Shown one piece after another: positions 19,117 through 32,652 of a DNA stretch of 64,000 nucleotides (its first letter is position 1; the number at the start of each line of letters is the position of its first letter). The notes under the pieces were generated by a model, which was given only the letters and a program-made list of their open reading frames with translations, did not search any database and was not told the origin of the DNA. Location of the stretch: contig SMSO01000014.1 of NCBI GenBank assembly GCA_004764695.1, forward strand, positions 1,483,648 to 1,547,647, given 5' to 3'. This DNA comes from Schizochytrium sp. TIO01. Its lineage: Eukaryota > Protista > Bigyra: Labyrinthulomycetes. A program made the translations under genes and the position numbers.

Positions 19117-22100
19117 ACTTCTCGAATAAACATAAATCCATTCAATATAATAATTCATTTTCAATGCTCGTGACTAAAGGACAGTGAATAGCTTGAAGGC
19201 TTTAATAGATGAAGAATTCTTTGATTAATTTTCTAGTTAAATTAGTTTCATTCAAATCATTAGGAATGGCTCGAGGCTGTAAATAATTATCATTACAGTT
19301 TGTTAGCTCGTATCACTGGCGATTCCTGTGTCGCATCTGATCTTACAATCGATTAGGAATGTAGATACTTGAAGCTTCAGGAAATCAGAGTGTAGCAAAA
19401 TTATTTTACATGATTCTATATAACCCCCCTTAGAAATCTGTTCGTGCGAGTAATCAAGTTAATTATAACTTGATCTCTACCAAAAAGAGGATCATCTTGA
19501 TTTACTACTAAATGATGATGATTGCGAGTGTACCTCTAGCTCAAAGACATTTTACTTCTTTACTTAGTGCGTCTGTAGTTGGCCAATCTTCTGAAAAAAA
19601 AGGTACTAGAATATTATAATTCCACATTAGTACAATCTTAAGAGCGACTACTGCGGCACGTGAAACTGCACGTGCGGTTGCCTGACCCCTGAAGCTCGTC
19701 CATGATGATCATTGATCACGGTTTAGGTGAGAATAAAGTGATTTCCCTCTCCTTCAAGTTTTGTCGCTTTGGTGAGACAAACACCCTGCATCACACTTTA
19801 CACTACCAGTGCAAGTGCAGGCAATCAAGCTCAGCATCCAAATGAGGACTACCAGTATTTGCAGTGCCGCGGCACGTGATAACGATGTCTCTAGGCTGAA
19901 TCTGTATCAGCTCGAGTGGGCAAAGATGATTAGCAAGTGGATATATAGGTTCTAAGGGTGTTGAGAGAAAAAGCAATTTTAAAAAAAGCAATTTGTTTAA
20001 TAAAAAAATAAAGAATAAAAAATAAAAAATAAAGATGAATGAATAATCAAAGAACAGAAAGCAACAACTGCATACAACAACTTGATAATCGTCTCTGGAA
20101 TAACAAAGTTAACAACAGCTAGGCAAGTGAAGATAAACAAACTCGGGCCCGCGAGCTTGTTCCTGCTTACTGAATGGTTTCCAACTCGAATTCAAAGTTA
20201 GAAGGGTAAGGTAGTAGTTGCTGGCAGTTGATGATTTTCAGCGAGGCTGGATACGATATCCTAAACTCCGACCCACGCAATATGAGTGTAGTACCAGAAC
20301 GCGGAGGCACTTCTTTAAGATCAAGGAAATTTGCTTGAGGTAGAACTTGAAGGGTTAAAATAGCGATGGGGAGGGGACTTGGCCATAAAGTTGTTTAGTT
20401 AAGTTAGTTTGGCAAGCAATGTCGCCTTAAAATAGTATTCCAGAAGCTCCAAAGGCAAGACCTGTGTTGTCCGAGTGTCCACCGTCCCAAAGTATGTACA
20501 TTTCGACCTACGGATCTTGCTTTCTGATAACCATAGTCGCCAAAGCGCTTGATGCTGCTGACAAAAGCATTTTTAATGAACCATTCGAAGGCACCAGGTA
20601 GCCTAGTATTTAATATAAAATTCACGTCACTTTGTGACAACAAGCAATAGAAATGCTAAAGAAAGGACATGGCATTCTGACTCACAATTTTAAGTTCGTT
20701 ATTATCATAGGAAATTGCGCACAGCACTTGAAGAAGTTCACTTTTGTTCTCAAATTCTCGTATTTTTACTAAGCCTGTCCGTGAGTGCTGGTAGTTCTTC
20801 TACTAGTACAACGAGAGTCACACGCTCGGCCACATCCTACACGTGCCACCGATGTGCCGCTCTAAGCAATAAAGCTTGACAGTTTATCAGCTTGTGCCGC
20901 CGAGGGTGCAAGGGATGGTGTGTACTGCGCGCTTTCAAGTTCTGCTGCCATAAGAGCGAAAAATAGAATTATATGGGTTCTTCAAATCGAATCAAATCCT
21001 TCACTGTGAAAGAGCAACAGGAAAATACCAAGTAGGTACTGCCTACTTCATTCAACGTCGTTCGAGTCAGCTCGATTGCAAGCTCCGAGTTGTGGGTGTT
21101 TTTAGTGTTTGCAAGTACCTACACTCATCCGAGTTTTGGCTTGGACCTTTTTCTAGGATGGGTGGAGGCTTTAGAAAGAGCCATTCCTCTTTATAGGTTC
21201 ATGTGTCTTGCCACTGTTTATGCAATCTTAATTTAGATGCTGGAGTTCTCTTTTTTTATTATTTTATTGCACGATCAGAAATGTACAATGTGCAAATAGG
21301 AGACGAGCGTTGGGCCTTCAAGCAGGACTAGCACTCTTTCTTGTCAGCTCGCTCGTTGGTATTATCTGAACGCTCAAGCATCGTTTTCTCAGCTCGATAG
21401 ATTCATCGCTTTGGAGTGATCGTTCTGCGAGCAGTTTATAGGTGTGTGTTTTGTGAGATAGAGCATAGTTACTATCATTCAAGTTGAGCATCCTCCTTGC
21501 GTAAGTGAATAAGCATAGAGCCGCAACAGCAGCTCTTATAGCTGCTGCAGCTTGGTTGTATCCTAAGTTTGTCTGCAAAGATATCTTTGAGTACACAACA
21601 CATTTGAACTAAATTGGCGTGTCTGAATTGTGCTTGTGATTATCAACTATGTACATGTTTCTGCAAATATTTTAAAGTGTTTGATTCCAAGGCTCGATTT
21701 GCTCCGCCTCGGAGCTCAATTTGTTTTTCAGTTGAGCCGATCTTCCGAAGAAGGGTTCAAGCTATAAGGCGGGATTCTGGACGCCTCCTTCCTTCTTCGA
21801 AGCGGCTCTGCACTGGTTTCGCAAGGTTCTGCCATCTAAAAGTAATAGTGGTTGAAATTACAAAGAATTTGGCCAGACTACGCATAAACATATCAAGATC
21901 AGATAATTTTGACCACGCTCGGTTGCCACGTGCAAGTTGGCAGCATGGTCTGGGTTTTGCAGTGGGCAGGACTATTAATGCCCTTTGGCTTGATATTCAA
22001 GAACCCAAGTTCAACACTTGAACTAACTACAGGATGACATCTGCTCAGCTAGAGATGATTTAGCCGCACAAATATTTTACGCAGGCAAGATAAATTTGAA

Positions 22101-23646
22101 GAAATTCTGAAAATTCAAACGCCGAAAGGAACGCCTAGGTATAACGACATTCATGAATTATCATTATCATGACTTGTTGTTAGCCTTTAAAATTATTTAA
22201 AAAATCGCTCCAGGTTCGCAAAGTTGGAAATTTGCTCGAGTTGTCTCAATGAGTAATCGAATCCCAATGATAAACTCAATAAAGTGCAGCCTGTGAAATC
22301 GATATAGAGGCTGAAGAATAAATATATAAGAATATAGGTAGCGACTTTTTATCTTGAAGGAATGTAAACACACACGTGCGACGCACGTGCACACCCTGGA
22401 GTTGTCCCCGCTCATCCGATTCCTAAGTTGAAGTCATTCCAGTTAGCAGTGCCTAACAATTTCAACGTCAGCGGAAGTTGCGTTCTTTATGCTGTTCTTC
22501 TCAGGGGACTACTGGAAAAGCTAATCCCACAAGTTACATTTTGTGTTCTCGCGCGGACGAGCGAGTTAATCTTCGCTTAATTTACTCCTACTTCGACCAG
22601 AGAGATGTTGTATTTGCAGATCGTTGCCGTTCCCGTTCTTTTGGCTTAAGTCACCGTTCTTTCGGGGCGGAGCTTTTTTTCTTTTCTTTTCTTTTCTTTT
22701 TACCATAGCTCCCTCCCTCTAATCCCTCCTCAAGCAGCTCGAGGGACCTGCAGACTCGCCCGCTGCGCCGGAGCTGCTGACAACGGGGCTTAAGAGGGGT
22801 CCCGAGTTCGCTGGATCGCGGTTCGCTGCGCCTCATCGACAGCCGTCCGTCCACCTTCAGACGTCGTGGCTTCGTTGGCTGAGCCTATTTATATTGCCAC
22901 TAGTAAAGAAAGAAGAAAGAGAATAAAAGCAAAGAAAGAGAAAAGGAAGAAGGAGATCAATCTACTAGTATGCCCCTATTCTCAAAGCAGTAGCGAAGTT
23001 ATAGAATATACGTAGTGCGACACACACGTGTGCATGTATCTTGACACGTCCTTCCTCCTTTGGATTCAGCTCCTTAATTGTTTTCTTTCTTTTGAAAAAG
23101 TGAAGTGATGGATTGACGTTTTGTTTTCCCTACCTACCGATTATCCGAGTCATAAAGCATTTTCATTAAAAAACAAAAAGCAAATGAAAGGATTCAATTC
23201 ACTTCAATTCAATTCAATTCAAAAAAGAAAAAGAAAAAGTAAAAAGTATAGCATCGCATGAGAGGGATGAATGATGATGGTGATGACTTTTGATGAAGTA
23301 TGACATATGGAAAGGATTCCGAGTCGAAATGAGCCCTCTGCTGCTTTTTTGGCTTGGATCATTGGAGGTCAGTCAACTCAGAACGAAGATCGATGGTCCA
23401 AAGAAATCACACATCTCTCTCACGCGTCGCTGAAGTTTCAATGCCATTGGTCGGCCCATCCACAGTCAATTAATCAGCGAATTTGGCCTTCCCTTGATTT
23501 GCGCCTTATCATGCACGAGACGAGCGCTTCCATGCTTTGAACCAAAAAAAAGTGCCATCGAGTGGCGATAGGTTAGATACACCAAAGGGACGATTGCTAT
23601 TGTGTACGCGTTAGGGTCCTAGTTTTACCTTGGTTTTCGGCTGCTT

Positions 23647-23743
23647 GAATGAATGAATGAATGAATGAATGAATGAATGAATGAATGAATGAATAAATGA
23701 ATAAATGAATGAATGAATGAATGAATGAATAAATGAATAAATG
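23647..23743. repeat. (GAAT)n/(AAAT) microsatellite
   Basis: About 24 tetramer units seen directly. Confidence 0.95.
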
Positions 23744-24053
23744 CCACAATTGTGTTGATTCGATTCAAGCTTAGTTGAGTGGAGTCGAGTGAACTCGAGT
23801 CGAGTGAACTCGAGTCCTTCTCACCACCACTGACTGATGAAAGAAATCTTCCACGGATGCATGAGTGCAGACAGACGACACACAGAGAGAGAATTCTGAG
23901 GGATTGAATCCAGAGTTGGTGGTCCTCGCGTTCTCAGGCAGGCAGGCACTGCCTGTGCCTACTACCACCTACCTCCCTACCCGGCGTCAAAACCTCTCGT
24001 TGCGTGGCCTTGTTTGCGCTTTGCAGAACGCCGTGGATCACATCTCATCACTC

Positions 24054-24089
24054 CAAGCCAAGCCAAGCCAAGCCAAGCCAAGCCAAGCC
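24054..24089. repeat. (CAAGC)n microsatellite
   Basis: About 7 pentamer units seen directly. Confidence 0.9.
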
Positions 24090-25604
24090 GGCTGCCCGCT
24101 GAACGGGGCTCCCGGCAGGCCCACTCGAGCATCAAGCTGACTTGAGGCGGAATTTCCGATGCTGAGCTGGAGATGAAAAGGTACCTGATATCGATCGACT
24201 GGAAAGCGAGGAAGCCGCCGCGATCTTCAAGGGCTGAGGACTTCGAGATTGATGCCTCTCTCTCTCAATCTCTCTCTCTCATTGCTTCGTTCATCTGCCC
24301 ATTCATGCATGAAAAACCAACATCTCTCAGGCTGGTTAGGAAAGAAGAAGGTCTCACCACAGATAGATCATGAGAAGGCATTTATTATCTATCCATTGCG
24401 AGACAATAACAACTTCAAGGGAGATGGCGCACCCTACTGCCCTCTAGGCACTGCTACGCGCGGAGAGACCACGATGATCATCGACGAGCGTGACTATCAT
24501 AGAGCCTACTACCAAGGTATATAGTAGTCGCTAGCCACACTTACTCTCACCGTGATTATTACTATAATTCATTTTAAAATGTGTTATTCTTGCAGTTGAA
24601 GTATATAGTAGGCTAGATTATCTATCATCAGTCATACAATAAATAATACGGACAGTCTCTGTGTTTCTTCAATGATTGGGGTGCTCCTGCATCATCAGCC
24701 AACAAGTAGAGCTTAGCTGGTCCTTTCCTGCTCTCTGCACGGTCGCCGCGTTTGCCTGGAAAGGCCACGGATCATGGCGAAAGCTGGACACGGTCGCGGC
24801 AGTTCTTCTCGCGAGCGACGGAGGCCGCGGCGGTCAAGCTGTGCCTCCGCTTGTGCCGACTTTTTCGAGGCGTTCAAGCAGCTGGCGCCCAGTTGGACCC
24901 ATCGAGAGCAGAATCTCCTCAGCATTTGTGATCGATTACATTTACTTTCCACCTACTACCACCTAGCTACGAAAGCTACGAGTACGATGCGATACCAGCG
25001 ATAGCTCTTCTGCTAGCTACTACAGGCAAAAAGAAGTGAAATGTTTGAAATGTATTCTGAGCCTCCTAAAGTAGTGCGTAGGAGGGTGCTAGCTTGGCAT
25101 TGATTAATTAAGAAGTAACGCCAGGGCTAGCCTCTCTGCTCTGCTCTGCTCTCAGAAGAAAGGGAGAAACTCAAGACGGTTGATCGTGAGGGAACCTCTG
25201 ATTTGGAGCTTCGAAAGACTCAGCCGGGATGCAGGAAAGACGCCTCGGCGAAGAGTTCGTTCTTCGAGCGGGTGGCGCTGCTGATAACCACGAGGAGGCG
25301 AATGCCGTTGGTTGCGGACTTGCGGTGTTTCTTTCTTTCTCTGCTGTCGTTTGCTTTCCTTACTTAAAAATAAATAATAAGAAGAAGCTCGACTTGGCTC
25401 GACTCCCTCGAGTCTTTTCTGTTATCTTCACACGCGCATGCACCCGTGCCCTTTTTTTGTGCACGCGTGGCAACCTCTCAGCAAACACGAAGTATCCCCA
25501 AGATTGCCCGCCCGTGTGTGACTCTCTGTCTGTCTTTCTTAGCATCCCTCGGGTTGATCCCGTAAACTGAAAAAGAAAAATGAGCTATTTACTTACAGTA
25601 GGCG

Positions 25605-25643
25605 TTTTTCATTTTTCATTTTTCATTTTTCATTTTTCATTTT
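25605..25643. repeat. (TTTTCAT/TTTTCA)-type hexamer microsatellite
   Basis: Repeated ttttca/tttttca units. Confidence 0.85.
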
Positions 25644-27659
25644 ATTTGATGAACATTCAACTAATGTGATAAATACTATTTTATTTATTTATTATTTATT
25701 TATTTTACAAATTAAAAAACCGAAGTAAATAAAGAAGAGAGAGAAACATGATGTACTAGTAGTATAGCTGTTTCGTGTGGTTCTTGCTTGTGTTGCTTCC
25801 GTTTCCGCAGCCGAAGGCCTTTCAAGGTTGTGTCTTATGCTCAACTTGTGAAAGTTAGGATCTAATCGAATGATGCGCCGTAGGCATCATATAGTAAAAT
25901 CAGCTCGCCCCAATTTATCTGTTTTGCTCTGACCGCCTTGTTTTCGATTCGTTCTTGCGTTCCCAAGATTCCCCGGAGAGAGTGTTTAAGAGTCTAATAG
26001 ATGTAACTACACGTACCGTGCTCTCTTTCCGGACCCAGAGAAAAGGTGACCAGTTTCAGGAAAGGAAGTGCCTAGCAGAAACTCTATAAATGAATAGTAA
26101 TGACCTCGTTGACTTCTTTCTATAATGGTACCTACCTAGTTTTTTAAATATTAAAATAAATACAACACCCATAAATACCCATAATTTCTTATAGATAATG
26201 TAGAAATGAACAAATAAGTTACGTAGGTTTGTGAAAGAGAAAACCTCGGAACCGCCAGCTCGATGAAGAAACTTGAAAGAAGCCGCGGCGAGACTTTGAA
26301 GAAGCCTCTAGATCGCCTCTCAACAAAGCCAACGAGGGCTCTTATGCGTTGCTCAGGACACTTTCAGATCTGGAGAGTGCTTGCCCACGAGTTTTCAGTC
26401 TCTCTGCAAACCGCCTCGGGCGATGCGATCGGGACCTTCTTACTCCGCACGACGTTTATTTATTCTTATTGTCAAATGTAATGCTTGCACATACCATAGT
26501 AGTACCTACCTATCATAAACTATACACTTAGTCGATCTATATATCTGTTACTTTAATCAGTTAGTGTCATCGTCACTTCTCCTTTGCGCAATTGTTTGAA
26601 TAAGAGTCAAAGAAAGAAAGTTTAGAATTGCTTGTGTAGATACAGGCAAATTGATGCATGTAAAAAACGCCACTACCCACTCTTTTGGGTGTCTAGCAGA
26701 GTTCCTTTCACATTTGTTTGAGCCAAGATACTAGTTGGCTAAGTGGCTCTCTGTTTTCTACGCTAGAGCACAAAGCTTGCTTTCAAAACTACTAAGCGGC
26801 AAAGATATCGTGCTTGCTTCTTCTCTGCTCAAGGAATGCCTTGGCTAAGGTGGTACTAGGTGCGTACCTACCCGCCACCAAGGAAAAAATTTATCGGATA
26901 AGTTGGGACGACTCAGATCTGTCCTTGGCATGCATGCAAACGAACTTCGAGGGCTCTGCTCTGACTTGGATTTCTGAATTCCTTCATGGCAGGGTACCAC
27001 TGATGGATCTTTCTCCTCAAGACTTGCAATTGTCGGCCTGGCGCGAGGTGCTGCTTATTTGTAGCTCCGGAGCGAGACCAACCGGCAAGCGTGGGCCTGC
27101 GTACTTCGAAAGATGAATGTCCACCTCAATCAACTCAACTGCCGCGATCAGGCACCGTTAAGCCCCTCATAATCATGAATTTTTAGAGTGGAACATCAGT
27201 TTCCCTCAAGTCGTTAGAATTTAGGTGCCTACGTGGGCACTGTAGATCTAAACGTGAAGACCGGTGCTGGTGGATGGAGTTCGCGATGCCTTTCTTCAAG
27301 AAGGCTACCCAAGTTTTGAAAATGTGTCTGACGCGAGAGCCCTCAAGTTGACAATCTTGAGTTGAACCTAAGAAACGCCTCCGTTTCACAATCTTTGGCA
27401 GACGGTCGAAGATCTTGGCTGAGACACCTTCAAGTTGATGTGAAGCCAAGCTATCTATCTATGCTTCCTAATAAGCTGGTTTCGTTCTTTTCTTTTCTTT
27501 TCTTGTCTTTTCTTGTCTTGTCTTTTCGTCTTTTGGTCTGAGCAAGGCCTGGCTGGGGAGAGAACGAAAGAACGATGGAGCGAAAGAACGAGAGAACGGG
27601 CAAATGAATGAATGAATGGGTCATGAATATTACAGAGCAGAGAGAGTGAGAGAACGAAC

Positions 27660-27720
27660 GAATGAATGAATGAATGAATGAATGAATGAATGAATGAAAG
27701 AAAGAAAGAAAGAAAGAAAG
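27660..27720. repeat. Compound (GAAT)n(GAAA)n microsatellite
   Basis: Seen directly. Confidence 0.95.
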
Positions 27721-29248
27721 CAAGAGACTCCGCCTCTTCAGGAAGAGCTGCCGCTGGTGAAGGAAGAAAGCACGCGCATGGCTGCGATCGCCTGGGGCTC
27801 ACTCACTCACTCACTCACTCACTCACGCCTTCAGACCTCCCTCGAGGCCCCTCGAAGTCTGCACAGGCTGCCGCTTCGTAGGTACCTTTCTCGCTGCTCC
27901 AACTATTTGCTTCGCTTGCTTGCATGTTCTGGTTCCGGACAAAAGCTGAGCTCTTGAAAGAGAGGCCTACTATTCTGAGGGCCTCGCGTAGAGAGCAGCT
28001 TAACTAAAACTAAAGAAACTCTGCTAATCTAGGCAGGTAGTTTGAAGAGCATGATGATGATGAAAAGAAGAGCAACTTGAACCAGAGAGCATCACTTCCA
28101 TTGTACCTATGTAGTGCCCTCGAGAGAATGAATGAATAATTGATTGATTGATTGAGTGAGTGAGTGAGTGAGCGAGAGAATTATAATTAATTAATTATTT
28201 TTTAATTGTTAAATTAGCTATTTGTTTATAGCTCGGACTGAACGAACGAATGAGTGATTCTTCAGAAAAGAAGTACAAAGCTACTTAAAGTCGCTTCTCT
28301 CTGCTGCCACCAAACCCTCGCTTTCCCTCCTTCCCTCCTTCCCTCTTCTCCCTCTCCCTCTCCCTCTCCCTCTCCTTCCTTCGTCCACTGATACCTCTGT
28401 CTGTGTGGTTTGTTTCTACCTGAGCAGCGTCAGCCACGGTGGAGGCCTGAGCACACATCGACTCGGCTCGCTTGGTGCGAGTTTGGGTTGTCTTTTTCAT
28501 TTCCACCTTCCTCGTAATAATAGTGCGGACACCTAGCATTGGCTCTAGAGAGAGCTAGAGCATGACTCTCCTGCTTTCTCCTTTCAAGTTGCCATAAAAT
28601 AAACACTCAATCGCAATCGCAAGAACAGTCAGTAACAACAGAGAGTAGTAGTCTTAAAGACAAACAAAACCGAATTTTAGATAAATCAGATAAGATAAAA
28701 TAATTAATGAAAATAGAAAGGTGGTGGTTCTGGTATTTATTCTATTCTATTTTTAAAATTTATTTTTTATTTTGAGGTCACTAAACTACACATAGGCAGG
28801 TGGGTAGGTAGGGAGGTAGGGAGGTACCTAGCCAGCCGCCTATAAGGCATGCGGCCTCCTTTTGTCCTTGGATAGAACCGCGATCGTAATGTTTCACGAG
28901 AGGACTTTGAATAAAAGAAATTTGAAAAGAGGTTTCGATTTCGGCCCTCTCGGCGAATCTGGACAAGGATCGGAGAGGCAGGTGAAGGGGTTCGCTGGTC
29001 ACGACCAGACTCAGCCAGTTGTTCTTTGTTTTCTCGCCGCCCCTTTCATCAGTTTGTTCAACTTCTTGTTTGTTTATTTATTTATTTGTTTGGTTGGTTG
29101 TTTGTTTGGTTGTTGGTTGGTTGGCTGGTTTGTTTGCTTCCTGAGCTCAAGTTCGACATCATTTGTCTGCTTTTTGCCTTAGTTCAACAAGTCTTCACTT
29201 CTTTTTGCCTTAATCGCTGGTTTTCTTTCTGCCTACTACTTAGGTTAC

Positions 29249-29340
29249 TCATTCATTCATTCATTCATTCATTCATTCATTCATTCATTCATTCATTCAC
29301 TCATTCACGCTAAGAGTTTCTTTCTCTCTCTCTCTCTCTC
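29249..29340. repeat. (ATTC)n followed by (CT)n microsatellite
   Basis: Seen directly. Confidence 0.93.
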
Positions 29341-30290
29341 ATCTCTGCCTTAATTCATCAAGAGATAGAACATTCGGAACGCCTGGCTCTGGATGTACCT
29401 ATCTATGTAAGTAAAGGATGAGCGATGATGAAAATTTGACATTCGTTCCTCGCCTCACAAAGGTGCCTCGCGGCGCCTCGCAGCTGGGGCCGTCTCGGTC
29501 TGCCCGGCGAGCTCTGAGAGCGCAGCCTGAGCGTCCCTGGTCTGCCCCAGAAGGCAGCCCCTGAGACCGAGCGGCGGCTAGCTTCCTTCCCCGCGGCGCC
29601 GAGTGCGGAACTTCGTTCTGGGCCCAGGACTGCTGCTCAATGATGAGTGGTTTGTGTTTGTAATCTATGTAGTATGAATGAAGGTGATCAGAATGACTTT
29701 GAGCCCTCGTCTTAGTAGGTACGTAGGTCTTAGCTAGCTAGCTAGTTGCAGTAGAGTCTTATCGGGAAGGCTTGTTGAGAACAGGCCGTCGATAGAACGG
29801 AGGGAAAGAACGAAGAGCTCGTTTGAGCAATCCGAATTGGTATTCGTGAAACTTGCGTAAGTGAGACTCGCTTGAGGTTCTTGCGTAATGCGGTGGTGTT
29901 TTGGACTGCTTTGGGCGTCTGATGCGACGCTTCTGGGTGGGTTTGAGCTTAGGACAGAAAGAAGATGCAAGTTATTGAAGAAAAAGAGAGTCTTGAAGAT
30001 GTGCGAAATAAGAGACCCGGCGATATATGCAAATCAAATCGATTTCTTCACTTACTTGCTTATTTTTATGTAGAAGAAACTATTTTATCTATAGATAATA
30101 AAATTAAGAATTAAAACTCAACACTAATTTATTTTCAAGTAGTGTTTTTGGAGAAAGAGGTAGAAGCTAGGGATCACATATACGTATTATAGGTTGGTTC
30201 TCTTGTTTCCAATACGAGTTCTGAGTTCGTCGAAGAACCCCATTCATTATGGGTCATTGAATCGTTAAGTTCTCTCCATCCCTCGCAAAG

Positions 30291-30333
30291 ACAGACTGAC
30301 AGACAGATAGACAGACAGATAGACAGACAGACA
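30291..30333. repeat. (GACA/GATA)n microsatellite
   Basis: Seen directly. Confidence 0.88.
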
Positions 30334-31744
30334 AAGAAACAGGCTATCTTCAAGTACTTCGGAGCGACGAGTCTGCCTCAGAAAGGTCGCCAACGAAGGC
30401 AGCCACTGCCTAATACGTTCTCTGTCCATAGACCAAAGCTTCTTTGGTCATTCATTTCTCACAACACAGCTATCAAGCATGCATAGAGGATATATATTTA
30501 TTTATACATATACCGTATACCACTAGTCGCTTGAGATAATTTAGTTCTAAAACATTTATCAAAGAAAACAATAAAGTACCTACTAGGTACCTTGCTGCGA
30601 AAATTAAAATTAAAATTAAAATAATAATTTAAAGAGAACACACAACTCAAATGTTCCCTCTAACGTTTTAAAAGGTTTTGAACATGAGGGAGAAAGCGAA
30701 GAATATTGTGAGGTGCTCCCGCCTTACCCCCCTTACCACGGCGAAATAAGCCTCCACCTGCTGCACTACCGATGTGTCCCCACTCAACGCCCTTCGAGCT
30801 TGAGAGGGAAAACTACAAAGCAGCATGATTGTTGGTATCGTCTTCCCTCTCGTCCCTCTGCTCGTATTTCATTTTATCTCTTCCTCCCAATTTGAAAGGA
30901 ACTCCTCATTTTCAAATCCTTGGAAGAAGCTAGGAGAGAACAACTTACTATTTTCCCACCTTCTCTCCCCCTTCTATCTTAAAAAGAAAGCTTTAAACAA
31001 AATGGAAACTCTTTCCAAAAAATGAAAAAAAAAGACCTGAAAGGAGGGTATTACTACAGTAGTAGTAGTGCCCATTACTGTAGCTCATAGCGATTGCTAG
31101 TAGCTTTATAGTTGGTGGTAGATAGATGGTAAGGTTCGCCTCATCGCTCGAGCTTGCGAGTGTTTAAATCGGAAAGCAAATCCTTAACCTGATTGAGACC
31201 GATTCTTCGCGCTCCAAGACGCAAATTCGCCTCCGGGAGCGAGCCGCAAAAGACGAGAGCTAGCGAGCAAGCAAGAGGCAGGTGATTGAGGGAAATTAAA
31301 GAGGGCCACATACGCAGAGCGGTAGCAGCACCGAGGATCCTCGCCGGCGCAAACGTTGGTGACGGTTTGGCGGGAAGTGCGAGATCTGGAGGGCAGAATT
31401 TGAAATTCTCTGTGAATTCTCAATTTCAATATTTGAAAAGGCTCTGAAAAGAACAAGAGAGAAAATAAATTATTTCTCACTCCTTCTTTCACCCACTATT
31501 GATTCTTTCAGTAAAGAACCGCGTCTAAAACCAAAATAAGAGAGAACACCTCCGCCTTGGCGTTAATTAGGGCCGCGGCGACACCAGCGTAGCGCTCCGA
31601 CTGGAGGAAGAAGAGGAGAGAGCAGCGGAGGAGGGAGCAAATCGCGATCGACCTGTCAATTAATTGGTGGACTGATCCATCAACCAACCAAACGTTCGCC
31701 CCAGTCAACATAAGCACTCAGACCGCAAACAACAAAAAGTCAAC

Positions 31745-31984
31745 ATGTCGTGTCCTCAAGCCAAGGTTCTCTCGCCGCACAATAAGGTGAGGCTGCGCCG
31801 CGTTGAGTCTCTTGCTGACATTTTTCAGGACAAAAAGGGCGATGGCTGTCTGACCCCGTACATCAGCTCTCTGGCATCCAAGGCACGCAACAACGTCAAC
31901 AACGTGGAGGATATTCTCGATGCTCTGGACCTTATCGGAGAGGATGTCAATGCTTGGAGAACTTGGCTTCATGACATGATTTGA
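31745..31984 (+). CDS. Small hypothetical protein (79 aa)
   Basis: ATG follows a C/A-rich leader (CAAACAACAAAAAGTCAACATG). Codon use (AAG, GAG, CTC, AAC, GTT/GTC) matches the ArgRS and PRMT genes, and the translation suggests amphipathic helices. No family recognised. Confidence 0.65.
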   Translation: MSCPQAKVLSPHNKVRLRRVESLADIFQDKKGDGCLTPYISSLASKARNNVNNVEDILDALDLIGEDVNAWRTWLHDMI

Positions 31985-32652
31985 ACAAACCGACCATTTT
32001 TTCCTCTATAGCAGCAGTTTTCGTCAACTTCTGAAATTTTCTGCGTAATGTCTGCTGTTTCCACCGTTCTAAACCTCGCTTCTCACTCTGGACAGAGAGG
32101 GGGGCTATAGAGGCTACAAAGATGTCCTCTTTTCAACTATTTGACCATATATTGTAAATACACGAAAGCAAGTCCGGGTAAGGATACGGCGCTGCTATTT
32201 CATTTTATTTTATGTCTTCTTGCGCTGCTAAAGCATGATTCGCCTCGCCAGCGCTCGAACAAAAGTACACCAACCTGAAATGGATTATATGCATATTGAT
32301 GATAAATACTAGTATTACCCACACCCAACCTTTTAAAAAACCTCGTCTACGTTCTTCAATTCTTCTTTTACCATGCTTTGTTTCATCCTACTAATTCTCC
32401 TCGTCCATAACTTGCAAATTTCTTGTTCGTCGTCATCAACAGAATAATTCAAGTGACACAGACTCTCTCCTCTCCTGTTTGACCTGCTTTACACAGCTAG
32501 TTTGAGTGAGTTCCTACTGCCTAGGGACTACTTCTCTTGAAAGACACAAATAATTGACTACAAGCCTCGTTGCCCAACAGCAGTTCTAGGAGCTTGCAAG
32601 GTTTATCTTCTTGCGCTCTGACAGAGTGATCAACGGGCTACAATTATTTTAT

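Noticed and set aside
23781-23816. Tandem GAGTCGAGTGAACTC repeat
   Set aside because: Two copies next to a microsatellite; no further structure.
24676-25004. GC-rich short ORFs in several frames
   Set aside because: No recognisable motif or consistent codon bias; overlapping ORFs are expected in a GC-rich patch.
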